A stretch of DNA of 64,000 nt from Candidatus Dormiibacterota bacterium (GTDB lineage: Bacteria; Chloroflexota; Dormibacteria; Aeolococcales; Aeolococcaceae): the NCBI GenBank assembly GCA_963718525.1, contig OY970355.1, positions 2,656,001 through 2,720,000 on the forward strand, given 5' to 3'. The notes beneath the pieces were generated by a model that did not search any database, was not told where the DNA came from, and was given only the letters and a program-made list of their open reading frames with translations. A program made the translations under genes and the position numbers. How positions within the stretch are numbered: position 1 is the first letter of the stretch; every line of letters begins with the position of its first letter. Below, piece by piece: positions 9,349 to 16,965 of the stretch.

Positions 9349-10637
9349 TACACGCCGACGAGTGGCAGAAACCAGGGGCGCCCCCGGTACAACGGGATCC
9401 GCGGAAAGCGGAGATCCGAGAAGGCCGGCTGGGCACCTCTGGCGATCCACTCGGCTGCGAGCGTCCCCATCCAGCTGCCCAGCGCGACCCCGCTCCCGCA
9501 GTAGCCCATCGCATAGGTGATGCCGTTCGAGCGGGTGAGGTGGGGCAGCTGGTCGAACGTGAATCCGACATTTCCGGTCCAGGCGTGGGTGACGGGAACC
9601 CCTGCGAGCTGCGGGTAGATGTCGATCATCGCCGCATAGAGGCGGTCGCGGGCGGTCTGCACGGTGACCGGGACAAAGCTGGTGCGGCCACCGAACAAAA
9701 GCCGACCATCGTGCGACAGCCGCCAGTAGTGCAGGAAGTTTCGGGTATCGCTCATCATCCGGCGTTGCGGACTCACGTCGGCGGCGCGCGCGTCACCGAG
9801 CGGCTCGGTGGCGATGATATAGCTGCCAATCGGGATGATCCGGCGCCGCGCCCACGGCGCCGCGTCATCCGTGTAGCCATTGGTCGCGACGAGGACGTCC
9901 CCGGCCGTGATATCGCCGCGCGTGGTGAGGACTCGCGATCCGCTGCCCGTCGATTCGGTCGAGATCACCCGGGTGTGCTGATGCACGGACGCGCCATTGG
10001 CAAGCGCGAGGCGTGCGAGGCCCGCCAGGTACCGGGCGGGATGAATGCTCGCCCCATCGTCGGTGAGCATCCCGCCGGAGAAGCCGCGGCAGGGTGCCTC
10101 ACTTTCGAGAGCGGCTTCCTCGAGCATCACGGTCGATTCGCCGAGCCGCTGCCGGCGCTCGGCTTCGTCCTTCCGCAACGCCTGCATCCTCGACTTCCGG
10201 TGCGCGAGGTGCAGCCACCCGGACTGCGTGAACATGGCATCCGGCGCGGCCGCGGCGGCGGTTTTGGCGACAAATGCATAGGCGTCCACGCTGGCGTCAT
10301 GAAGGGCGCGACCGGCATCCCCGTACTTGCGCTCGAGAAAGTCGAGGTCACGCCGCACTCCGGCGTGGACCATCCCCGCGTTGCGTCCGCTCGCTCCCTC
10401 CCCGAGTGCGCCGGAGTCGACCACCACAACGTGCTTGCCATGCGAAGCGAGCCGTGCAGCCGCGGCAAGCCCGGTGAAACCAGCACCGACGACGACGACA
10501 TCGGCGGTTGCGGGAAGCGGCGATTCGCCGAGTGTGGGAAACGCGGTGTCGTCCCACCAGAGCGGGGTCTCGCGATAGTTCTCGGCGAGCGGCGCGGTCC
10601 GCTTGCCAGGCGGACCGGGGGGCGACCAGAGGCTCAT
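9324..10637 (-). CDS. FAD-dependent oxidoreductase (PuuB/DadA-like)
   Basis: VVVGAGFTG, GASGRNAG, IIATEPL, GYCGSGV. Confidence 0.88.
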   Translation of the reverse strand: MSLWSPPGPPGKRTAPLAENYRETPLWWDDTAFPTLGESPLPATADVVVVGAGFTGLAAAARLASHGKHVVVVDSGALGEGASGRNAGMVHAGVRRDLDFLERKYGDAGRALHDASVDAYAFVAKTAAAAAPDAMFTQSGWLHLAHRKSRMQALRKDEAERRQRLGESTVMLEEAALESEAPCRGFSGGMLTDDGASIHPARYLAGLARLALANGASVHQHTRVISTESTGSGSRVLTTRGDITAGDVLVATNGYTDDAAPWARRRIIPIGSYIIATEPLGDARAADVSPQRRMMSDTRNFLHYWRLSHDGRLLFGGRTSFVPVTVQTARDRLYAAMIDIYPQLAGVPVTHAWTGNVGFTFDQLPHLTRSNGITYAMGYCGSGVALGSWMGTLAAEWIARGAQPAFSDLRFPRIPLYRGRPWFLPLVGVYYGLLDRL

Positions 10638-10718
10638 AATCTACTCAACAGTGACAAGTTCGACTGGGTCGGACAGCGTACCTGCTGCCCGCCTCGTGTC
10701 GTGTCGAGGAGTGTCCAC

Positions 10719-11495
10719 GTGGACGACATCCGCATCGGCGAGGTGGCCCGGCGAGTTGGCGTGAGCCCGTCGACGCTGCGGGCGTGGGAGCGCAAAGGGC
10801 TGATCCGACCGATGCGCGCGGGTGGGCGTCACCGCCGGTACTCGTCCGAGGACATCACCCGGCTCCGTGATGTTCACGCCCTGCTCACGCGCGGGTTCGC
10901 GCCGCCGGCACTGCAGTCGCTGATCGCCGGCGAAACCGTGCCCGAGGATCCCGCCGTGGGCAAGCGGCTGCGCGCAGCACGCACCAAACGCAGCCTCTCG
11001 CTGCGGAGCGCGTCGGAACGAGCCGGCATCTCTGCGTCGTATCTGAGTCTCGTGGAGCGCGGGCTCGCCGAACCGTCGGTATCCCTCCTCCAGCGAGTTG
11101 CGTCGGCGTACGGCGGCACGCTGCTCGAATTCTTCGGCGCGGCCTCGGCTGGAGCTGCGGGACCGAAGCTGGTGCGCAGCACCGAGCGGCGCAGGCTGCG
11201 CGGTTTCGACCGCGTGGAGATCGAGGACCTCGTCACGTTTCCCAATGCCGTGCTGGAGATAGACATCTTCAGTGTTGCGCCCGGAGGTGGCAGTGGCGGC
11301 GCGTATTCCCACGACGGCGAGGAGGCGATCTACGTGCTCAGCGGCGAGCTCGACGTCTGGCTCGACGAAGCCGAGCACTATCACGTCGAGGCAGGCGACA
11401 CGTTGTATTTCCGCAGCCCGCAGCAGCATCGCTGGATGAATCAATCCAGCACGACGACCCGGCTGTTCTGGGTCAACACACCGCCAACCTTCTGA
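10719..11495 (+). CDS. MerR-HTH + XRE-HTH + cupin transcriptional regulator (PuuR-like)
   Basis: IGEVARRVGVSPSTLRAWERKGLI; GKRLRAAR...ISASYLSLVERG; HDGEEAIYVLSG...HRWMN; GAGGAG RBS before the GTG. Confidence 0.88.
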   Translation: MDDIRIGEVARRVGVSPSTLRAWERKGLIRPMRAGGRHRRYSSEDITRLRDVHALLTRGFAPPALQSLIAGETVPEDPAVGKRLRAARTKRSLSLRSASERAGISASYLSLVERGLAEPSVSLLQRVASAYGGTLLEFFGAASAGAAGPKLVRSTERRRLRGFDRVEIEDLVTFPNAVLEIDIFSVAPGGGSGGAYSHDGEEAIYVLSGELDVWLDEAEHYHVEAGDTLYFRSPQQHRWMNQSSTTTRLFWVNTPPTF

Positions 11496-11510
11496 GAGGA
11501 GCGCGCCCCC

Positions 11511-12800
11511 ATGGACACGGTCGAGAAGTACCGCCGCTACATCAACACCAGCGCGTTCGCCGGAATGGAGCCGATCACCGTCGAGCGCGCTCGCGGGGCG
11601 ACCGTGACCGCCGCCGACGGCACCGAATACACCGACCTCTACTCCGGCATCGGTGTGGTCAACGCGGGTCACGTGCCGCCGAAGGTCGCGGAAGCCGCCA
11701 AGCGGCAGATCGACAAGGTCGTGCACTCCTGCTCGTATGTCTATCACGTTCCGGTCGTCGCGGACCTCGCCGAGCGCCTCGCGGAAGTGACCCCGGGCCG
11801 TCTCCAGAAGACGTTCTTCGGCAACAGTGGCGCCGAGGCAGTCGAAGGCGCGCTCCGCCTCGCTCGAGCTTTCACCGGCCACCGCGAGATCATCGCGTTG
11901 CGGAGCTCGTTCCACGGGAGAACCGCGGGTGCTCTTGCCGTCACCGGCAACGCGCTGCGCAAGCGCCGGGGCGGCGCTCAGATCGCGGGGATCGCCTTCG
12001 CGCCGACCCCGAATCCATATCGCTGCCGCATGTGCTCGGGTTCATGCTCGCTCGCCTGCGCCGATGCGGTGGACGACGTCATTCGCTACGACACCAGCGA
12101 CGATGTGGCCGCGTTCATCATCGAGCCGATCATCGGCGAGGGCGGCATCGTCCCGCTGCCCGGCGGATATCTCCGCCGCGTCAAGGACATCCTCGATGCG
12201 CGCGGGATCCTGCTCATCGTCGATGAGGTGCAGAGCGGGTTCGGGCGAAGCGGCAGGATGTTCGCGGTCGAGGGATACGACGTCGAGCCCGACATCATGA
12301 CGATGGCCAAGGGCATCGCCAGCGGCTTCCCGCTCGGGGCGTTCATCGCCCGCGAGGAGATTGCCGATGCGTTCGAGCCCGGTGATCATATGAGCACGTT
12401 CGGGGGCAATCCAGTGTCGTGCGCCGCCGGCCTCGCCACCATCGACATGCTCATCGAGGATCGCCTCCCCGAGCGCGCGGCGCGGGTCGGCAGCATGGTG
12501 ATGGCCCGCCTCGATGCATTTGCCGTGGAGTTGGAACTGGTCGGCGATGTGCGCGGCAGCGGGTTGATGATCGGCGTCGAACTGGTTCGCGACCGCGTGA
12601 CCAAAGAGCCGGCCGTGACCGAGGCCGCGGCGGTCAAACGGCATTGTCGAGAACGCGGCGTCCTCATCGGAGTCGGGGGGTCGCACGGCAACGTCGTGCG
12701 GATTCAGCCGCCGCTCGTGATTGCGGAAGAGGAGCTCGACCGGGCGATCGGCGTGATCGAGGAAGCCGTCACGAGCCTGGCGGCGCAACCTGTCGGGTGA
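11511..12800 (+). CDS. Class III aminotransferase (GabT/4-aminobutyrate aminotransferase-like)
   Basis: NSGAEAVE, FHGRT, DEVQSGFGRSG, AKGIASG, STFGGNP. Confidence 0.88.
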   Translation: MDTVEKYRRYINTSAFAGMEPITVERARGATVTAADGTEYTDLYSGIGVVNAGHVPPKVAEAAKRQIDKVVHSCSYVYHVPVVADLAERLAEVTPGRLQKTFFGNSGAEAVEGALRLARAFTGHREIIALRSSFHGRTAGALAVTGNALRKRRGGAQIAGIAFAPTPNPYRCRMCSGSCSLACADAVDDVIRYDTSDDVAAFIIEPIIGEGGIVPLPGGYLRRVKDILDARGILLIVDEVQSGFGRSGRMFAVEGYDVEPDIMTMAKGIASGFPLGAFIAREEIADAFEPGDHMSTFGGNPVSCAAGLATIDMLIEDRLPERAARVGSMVMARLDAFAVELELVGDVRGSGLMIGVELVRDRVTKEPAVTEAAAVKRHCRERGVLIGVGGSHGNVVRIQPPLVIAEEELDRAIGVIEEAVTSLAAQPVG

Positions 12801-12854
12801 GCTTCGGCGCCCTGGCAGGCGTCATGCAGGGTGAAGGTATCGGGAGGTAGCGAT

Positions 12855-13274
12855 GTGGACTGGAAGCTCGAACTCATCGTCGTCCCCGTGTCGGATGTGG
12901 ACCGCGCGAAAGCGTTCTACATGGACCAGGCGGGCTTCGGGTTGGTCGTGGATCACAGCGCCGGTGAAGATTTTCGAGTCGTCCAGTTGACGCCGCCGGG
13001 CTCTGCGTGCTCGATTGCACTCATGAAAAACACGGGAGCGGCGGGGAGCCTACAAGGACTGCACCTGATCGTCTCCGACCTCGACGCGGCGCGCGCGGAA
13101 CTCAAGGCGCGAGGGCTCGACACCACGGAACCCTTCCATTTCGACTTCCATACCGGTGCACAGCTCCCGGGCACCGATCCCAACCGCTCCGACTACAACT
13201 CCTTTCTGGCATTCAGCGATCCGGATGGCAACCAATGGATGGTCCAGGAGGTCGGTCGAGCGACGCCTCGATAG
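12855..13274 (+). CDS. VOC/glyoxalase family protein
   Basis: VPVSDVDRAKAFY, VQLTPPGSACSI, FSDPDGNQW; GGAGGT RBS. Confidence 0.88.
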   Translation: MDWKLELIVVPVSDVDRAKAFYMDQAGFGLVVDHSAGEDFRVVQLTPPGSACSIALMKNTGAAGSLQGLHLIVSDLDAARAELKARGLDTTEPFHFDFHTGAQLPGTDPNRSDYNSFLAFSDPDGNQWMVQEVGRATPR

Positions 13275-14043
13275 CCCGAACGTCGCCGTCGTCGTCGGTG
13301 AGGATGTCGCGGACGGCGTAGCCGAGGCGAGCCAGGTCGTCCGCCAGGAGCTCGGCCTGGTCACCTCCGAGCTCGAGCAGGACCACTCCGCCGCGGCGAA
13401 GAAACGGCCGGGCCTCGTGGAGCACGCGCCGGAGGATGTCGGTGCCGTCCGGACCGCCGTCGTACGACATTGGCGTCTCGAACGTGAACGTGTCTCGCTG
13501 AAGGAGAGGCAGCTCGGGGGTGGGCACATACGGAACAACCCCCACGACCAGGTCGGTGCGGCCTACGAGCTCCGCAGGCAGCGGCGCGAAAAGATCGCCC
13601 TGATACACATCGACGCCGTTCGCACGCGCACATGCGACGGCACGCTCGTCGATTTCGGACGCAGCGACACGGGCGCCGGGGCGGTGCGCGCTGAGGACCG
13701 TCGCGATTGCACCGGATCCTGTGCAGAGGTCGATGGCCACCCCGTCATACGGCAGCCGTTCGACGGCCCGTCGTGCCAGCGGCTCGCTGAGCCATCGGGG
13801 GACGTACACGTTCGGATCAACTCGAACGCCCACCCCACAGAACGTGACCTTGCCGACAATCCATGCCAAGGGCTCGCCGGTGAGCCGGCGTCGAACTGCC
13901 GCATCGAGGAGTTCGAGATCACCGCCGGCATAGTCGAGCAGCTCGCGCGACTCCTCTTCGGCCGCGATGAAGCCCTCGCGAGCCAGCAGTGTGCTGAGCG
14001 CCCCCGGGTCGTGCCCGATCCCTCGGTCAGGGAAGCTTGAAAT
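13213..14043 (-). CDS. HemK/PrmC-like SAM methyltransferase (start uncertain)
   Basis: RRLTGEPLAWIVG, VYVPR, DLCTGSGAIA, DGGPDG, LELG; NPPY position reads VVPY. Confidence 0.75.
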   Translation of the reverse strand: MSSFPDRGIGHDPGALSTLLAREGFIAAEEESRELLDYAGGDLELLDAAVRRRLTGEPLAWIVGKVTFCGVGVRVDPNVYVPRWLSEPLARRAVERLPYDGVAIDLCTGSGAIATVLSAHRPGARVAASEIDERAVACARANGVDVYQGDLFAPLPAELVGRTDLVVGVVPYVPTPELPLLQRDTFTFETPMSYDGGPDGTDILRRVLHEARPFLRRGGVVLLELGGDQAELLADDLARLGYAVRDILTDDDGDVRAIEASLDRPPGPSIGCHPDR

Positions 14044-14069
14044 GTCGGTTCTCGATGACGCCCAGGGGG

Positions 14070-14180
14070 TCAGCAGCAGGCGTCCGGCGGACTCGCGATC
14101 GCGATGATGCCGCCGATGACCAGGAAGCCGAGCGCGATCAGCAGCAGGGCGGCGATCACCAGCTTCGTCTTCGTGTCCAT
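14070..14180 (-). CDS. Putative single-TM microprotein
   Basis: MDTKTKLVIAALLLIALGFLVIGGIIAIASPPDACC; basic N-terminus, one hydrophobic helix, GC3-rich codons. Confidence 0.55.
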   Translation of the reverse strand: MDTKTKLVIAALLLIALGFLVIGGIIAIASPPDACC

Positions 14181-14364
14181 GAGCCAACGCATGATGCACA
14201 AAGTTGTCGGGCATCGGCTGAGGAGCGCCTCCCCGTGTGCTCGGTGACCCGAAAGAATCGCGGCCCGGCCGGGGTCGGCCTCTGCGTTCTCAGGCTTGAC
14301 CTGCGTGACGCGGCGGTGCGATTTGATCAAGCACCGCGGGGTCCATTAGCCCGACGGACCCACC

Positions 14365-14598
14365 TCACGGACCACCGGATCCGGAGCGCGAGGCCCGAGC
14401 ATACCGCTGCGGCTCTGCCTTTGTGGTGTGGCGCGGCGAAAGATCGGCTCGGACGAGATGGTGCCGGCACTGGAGGCACTTGAAGATGGGGGCGTCGGAA
14501 GGGTGCGGCCAGCCGCCGCGAAGCCGGTCATCGCGACGAGCGGGAGTGAATGTCAGCGGGATCAGACGATCCGTACCGCATCTACCGCAAAGGATCAA
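14365..14598 (-). CDS. Small CxxC-X33-CxxC zinc-ribbon-like protein (copy A)
   Basis: CGRCGTDRLIPLTF...PIFKCLQC; paralogous to 14879-15073. Confidence 0.65.
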   Translation of the reverse strand: MILCGRCGTDRLIPLTFTPARRDDRLRGGWPHPSDAPIFKCLQCRHHLVRADLSPRHTTKAEPQRYARASRSGSGGP

Positions 14599-14740
14599 CG
14601 CCGCGGGATTGTTCCACGCTGTCTAGGGACGGTGTGTTCGCAAGCGGACCTTGTCGTGGTGCTCCGTCGAAGGTGCCGTCGCATCCGCGAGCCCAGCGCG
14701 CAACGCTGCTGTCCGCCAAGCCCCAGATTTCGTACGCTGC

Positions 14741-14835
14741 AGGGCAGACGCGCAACCGCTTCTGCCCTCACGCTAAAGGACAGGGTCGGCGTCCTGCGCT
14801 TTGCTCCACCAAAGCACGCCGACCCTCTCTCTTTT
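14741..14835 (+). ncRNA. Putative two-hairpin small RNA with terminator-like tail
   Basis: TACGCT at 14733; stem AGGGCAGA/TCTGCCCT; stem AGGGTCGGCGT/ACGCCGACCCT with inner GCTTTG/CAAAGC; tail CTCTCTTTT. Confidence 0.4.
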
Positions 14836-14878
14836 CGACCACGTCCGGACTGATCGATCTGCCAGTATTGCGAGCGCG

Positions 14879-15073
14879 ATGGTCTGCCCCGGTTGCGGAG
14901 CCGACAGGCTCAAGCCGCTCAGCTTCCCTATTTATCGGCGTGAGGCCGGCGACCCAATGCATCCCGAGGTACGACTGACCCGACCTGTCGCCAGGTGCGC
15001 TGCATGCGGACAGCGGATCTTTGCGCGCATCGTTGCCCGGTCGCGGCTGCCGATCGACATCGAGTTCGACTGA
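14879..15073 (+). CDS. Small CxxC-X33-CxxC zinc-ribbon-like protein (copy B)
   Basis: MVCPGCGADRLKPLSF...PVARCAAC; paralogous to 14365-14598. Confidence 0.65.
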   Translation: MVCPGCGADRLKPLSFPIYRREAGDPMHPEVRLTRPVARCAACGQRIFARIVARSRLPIDIEFD

Positions 15074-15197
15074 GCGTCCCCCCGCTCACCGAGGTGGTCT
15101 CCACGCGCGGCGGACGCATGTCGCCGACCAGATATTGCTTCGGCGGCTTCGCTATACTCGCCCGTCTCTGGGCAGGGATTTCAAGGAGGCGGAGGCT

Positions 15198-15677
15198 ATG
15201 GAGCAGCAAATGATCACCCGCCGTAAGGCCTTTGGCATCGCGGGAGCGGCCGCGGGTGCGCTGGGTGCAACCGCCGCGCTGAGCGGGGTGCGCGGTGTGC
15301 AAGCCGCGTCGGGCGCGGTAGGCGATCCAGTTGCCGGGACCTGGGATCTCATGGTCACAGCTGCCGTCAGCGGTCAGTTCACGTCGCTCGTGGTTTTCGC
15401 CCCCGGGGGCACGCTCGTCACGACCGACAGTCAGGCACAGGGCGACGTGTCTGTCGGAGTTTGGGAGCGGGACCGCGAGGGGTTCCGGGCAGTCTTCCAA
15501 AGCTTCGCCTTCGACCCTAGTGGGACATTCGTTGGCACGGCAATCATTCGCCCGAAAGGCACAGTCGACGGCGACCGTACGCACGGCACCTTCACCGTCG
15601 ATTTCCGGCCGCCGTCCGGGCCCACGCAGCACGGCATCGACCACGGCACCTTCACCGGCTCGCGACTCGAGCCCTGA
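15198..15677 (+). CDS. Tat-exported beta-rich hypothetical protein
   Basis: ITRRKAFGIAGAAAG...VQA signal; GTWDL and GVWER lipocalin-like GxW motifs; GGAGG RBS. Confidence 0.8.
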   Translation: MEQQMITRRKAFGIAGAAAGALGATAALSGVRGVQAASGAVGDPVAGTWDLMVTAAVSGQFTSLVVFAPGGTLVTTDSQAQGDVSVGVWERDREGFRAVFQSFAFDPSGTFVGTAIIRPKGTVDGDRTHGTFTVDFRPPSGPTQHGIDHGTFTGSRLEP

Positions 15678-15702
15678 GGGCTCACCTCCCAGGCTCGATC
15701 CA

Positions 15703-15727
15703 TGCGACGCGCAGCGCGCGCGTCGCA
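15703..15727. terminator. Hairpin between the convergent Tat gene and tRNA-Leu
   Basis: 10-bp perfect inverted repeat TGCGACGCGC/GCGCGTCGCA with 5-nt loop; no U tract. Confidence 0.35.
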
Positions 15728-15771
15728 GTACCGCGCGGGACGCCCCCTCGCGGCGCCGCTGAGAAATCGAG

Positions 15772-15856
15772 TACCGGGCCCGGGAATTGAACCCGGACGA
15801 GGGTTTCCCCCCAGCGGTTTTTAAGACCGCCGCGTCTGCCATTTCGCCAGCCCGGC
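15772..15856 (-). tRNA. tRNA-Leu(TAA)
   Basis: Acceptor GCCGGGC/GCCCGGT, anticodon arm GCGGT-CT-TAA-AA-ACCGC, long variable arm, T-arm CCGGG-TTCAATT-CCCGG, discriminator A, CCA not encoded; TAGAAT 6 nt upstream. Confidence 0.95.
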
Positions 15857-15944
15857 ACGCGGATTCTATGGGTCGGCGTGCCCGCATACCCGGCGCAGCA
15901 CCGTCCGGGCGCTGGCTCGGGGCCGGCCGTATACTCCGGAGCAG

Positions 15945-16493
15945 ATGTTCGGTCGACGACCCGATGCCACCTACCGTCGGAGTCAGAGTGCGACAGGGCT
16001 GCCAGTGCAGCCCAGCCCGGTCGCCAGAGGGCTCGCGCTCCGTATCCTCGACGCCACCGAGGACCCCGTTGAGCGCAAGCGGTTCGGTCAGCTTCTGCTC
16101 GATGAGCTCGATGCTCTCGCGCGACTCCCTCACTGCGATCTGGTCGTCGCAGACCGAGCGCAGGTGCATTCGCACAACGGCCAGCGGTTGCAGAGCAAGA
16201 CATACGGTTACTACCGCTGCACGTTCAGCGAGGGCGAGGTGAAGACGGCTCGCATCCGCATCTATCACAGGACCGCTGTACGTCAGCAGGTGATCACGAC
16301 AAAGGTCTTCCTCAACACGCTGCTGCATGAGTGGGAGCACCACCACGACTTCGCCGGGCTCCATCTCCCCCGCTCACCGCATACGGCGGGGTTCTACGCG
16401 CGCTTGCGAGCGCTCGCCAATGCGCTGGAGGTGTCCTTCGTCATGCCCCCGGAACCTGGCGCAACAGGCAGCACGCAGACGTCAGCGGCCTGA
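15945..16493 (+). CDS. HExxH zinc metalloprotease-like protein (SprT-like)
   Basis: LNTLLHEWEHHHD...PHTAGFYARL; TATACT 9 nt upstream. Confidence 0.7.
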   Translation: MFGRRPDATYRRSQSATGLPVQPSPVARGLALRILDATEDPVERKRFGQLLLDELDALARLPHCDLVVADRAQVHSHNGQRLQSKTYGYYRCTFSEGEVKTARIRIYHRTAVRQQVITTKVFLNTLLHEWEHHHDFAGLHLPRSPHTAGFYARLRALANALEVSFVMPPEPGATGSTQTSAA

Positions 16494-16525
16494 CCGGACA
16501 TCGCCTCCGCGTCCGACAACCGCGA

Positions 16526-16687
16526 TTACGGCGCTACCAACCCCTGGCTCACGCCGTTGAAAAGGTGTGCGACTGCATGACCGCCAACCTGCACGATGAT
16601 GACGGCCACGGCGATCGCGACCACGATGAACCCATACGTCGCCAGCGCTTGTAACCGCTGCCGCCGACGGCGAATATCGACCGACAT
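16526..16687 (-). CDS. Flp/Fap pilin-like microprotein (degenerate cleavage motif)
   Basis: MSVDIRRRRQRLQALATYGFIVVAIAVAVIIVQVGGHAVAHLFNGVSQGLVAP; 53 aa; GGGGG upstream. Confidence 0.55.
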   Translation of the reverse strand: MSVDIRRRRQRLQALATYGFIVVAIAVAVIIVQVGGHAVAHLFNGVSQGLVAP

Positions 16688-16872
16688 CGTCAACCCCCAC
16701 CCGAACCAATCCCCTTCCGGCGCCCAGCGCCACGTTCTCTCAGTATTGTCGATCGCGGCAAAAGGTGCAAGCGCCAAGATGGCGCCGGCAGCGCGGGAGA
16801 CGAGCACGACCGACAAGGACTTCCTCCGTCATGGCACTCTTGGCGCATCCGGCTGGGGGAAGAGCGCTCCAA

Positions 16873-16946
16873 GGCGACGTAGCCAAGTGGTAAGGCACGG
16901 GTCTGCAAAACCCTGATCGTGGGTTCGATTCCCACCGTCGCCTCCA
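16873..16946 (+). tRNA. tRNA-Cys(GCA)
   Basis: Acceptor GGCGACG/CGTCGCC, anticodon loop CT-GCA-AA, T-arm GTGGG-TTCGATT-CCCAC, U73 discriminator, encoded CCA. Confidence 0.96.
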
Positions 16947-16965
16947 TGCCGGGTATCCTCACGGC

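Noticed and set aside
9540-10718. Long N-terminal extension of the regulator ORF (similar extensions at 7546, 27740, 29326 and 51073)
   Set aside because: Overlaps neighbouring real genes; RBS and domain boundaries point to downstream starts.
14928-16364. 478-aa minus-strand ORF
   Set aside because: Runs through tRNA-Leu and antisense to better-supported genes; no motifs.
12855-16946. Genomic island integrated at tRNA-Leu or tRNA-Cys
   Set aside because: Small accessory-like genes are present, but I found no integrase and no duplicated tRNA 3' end by eye.
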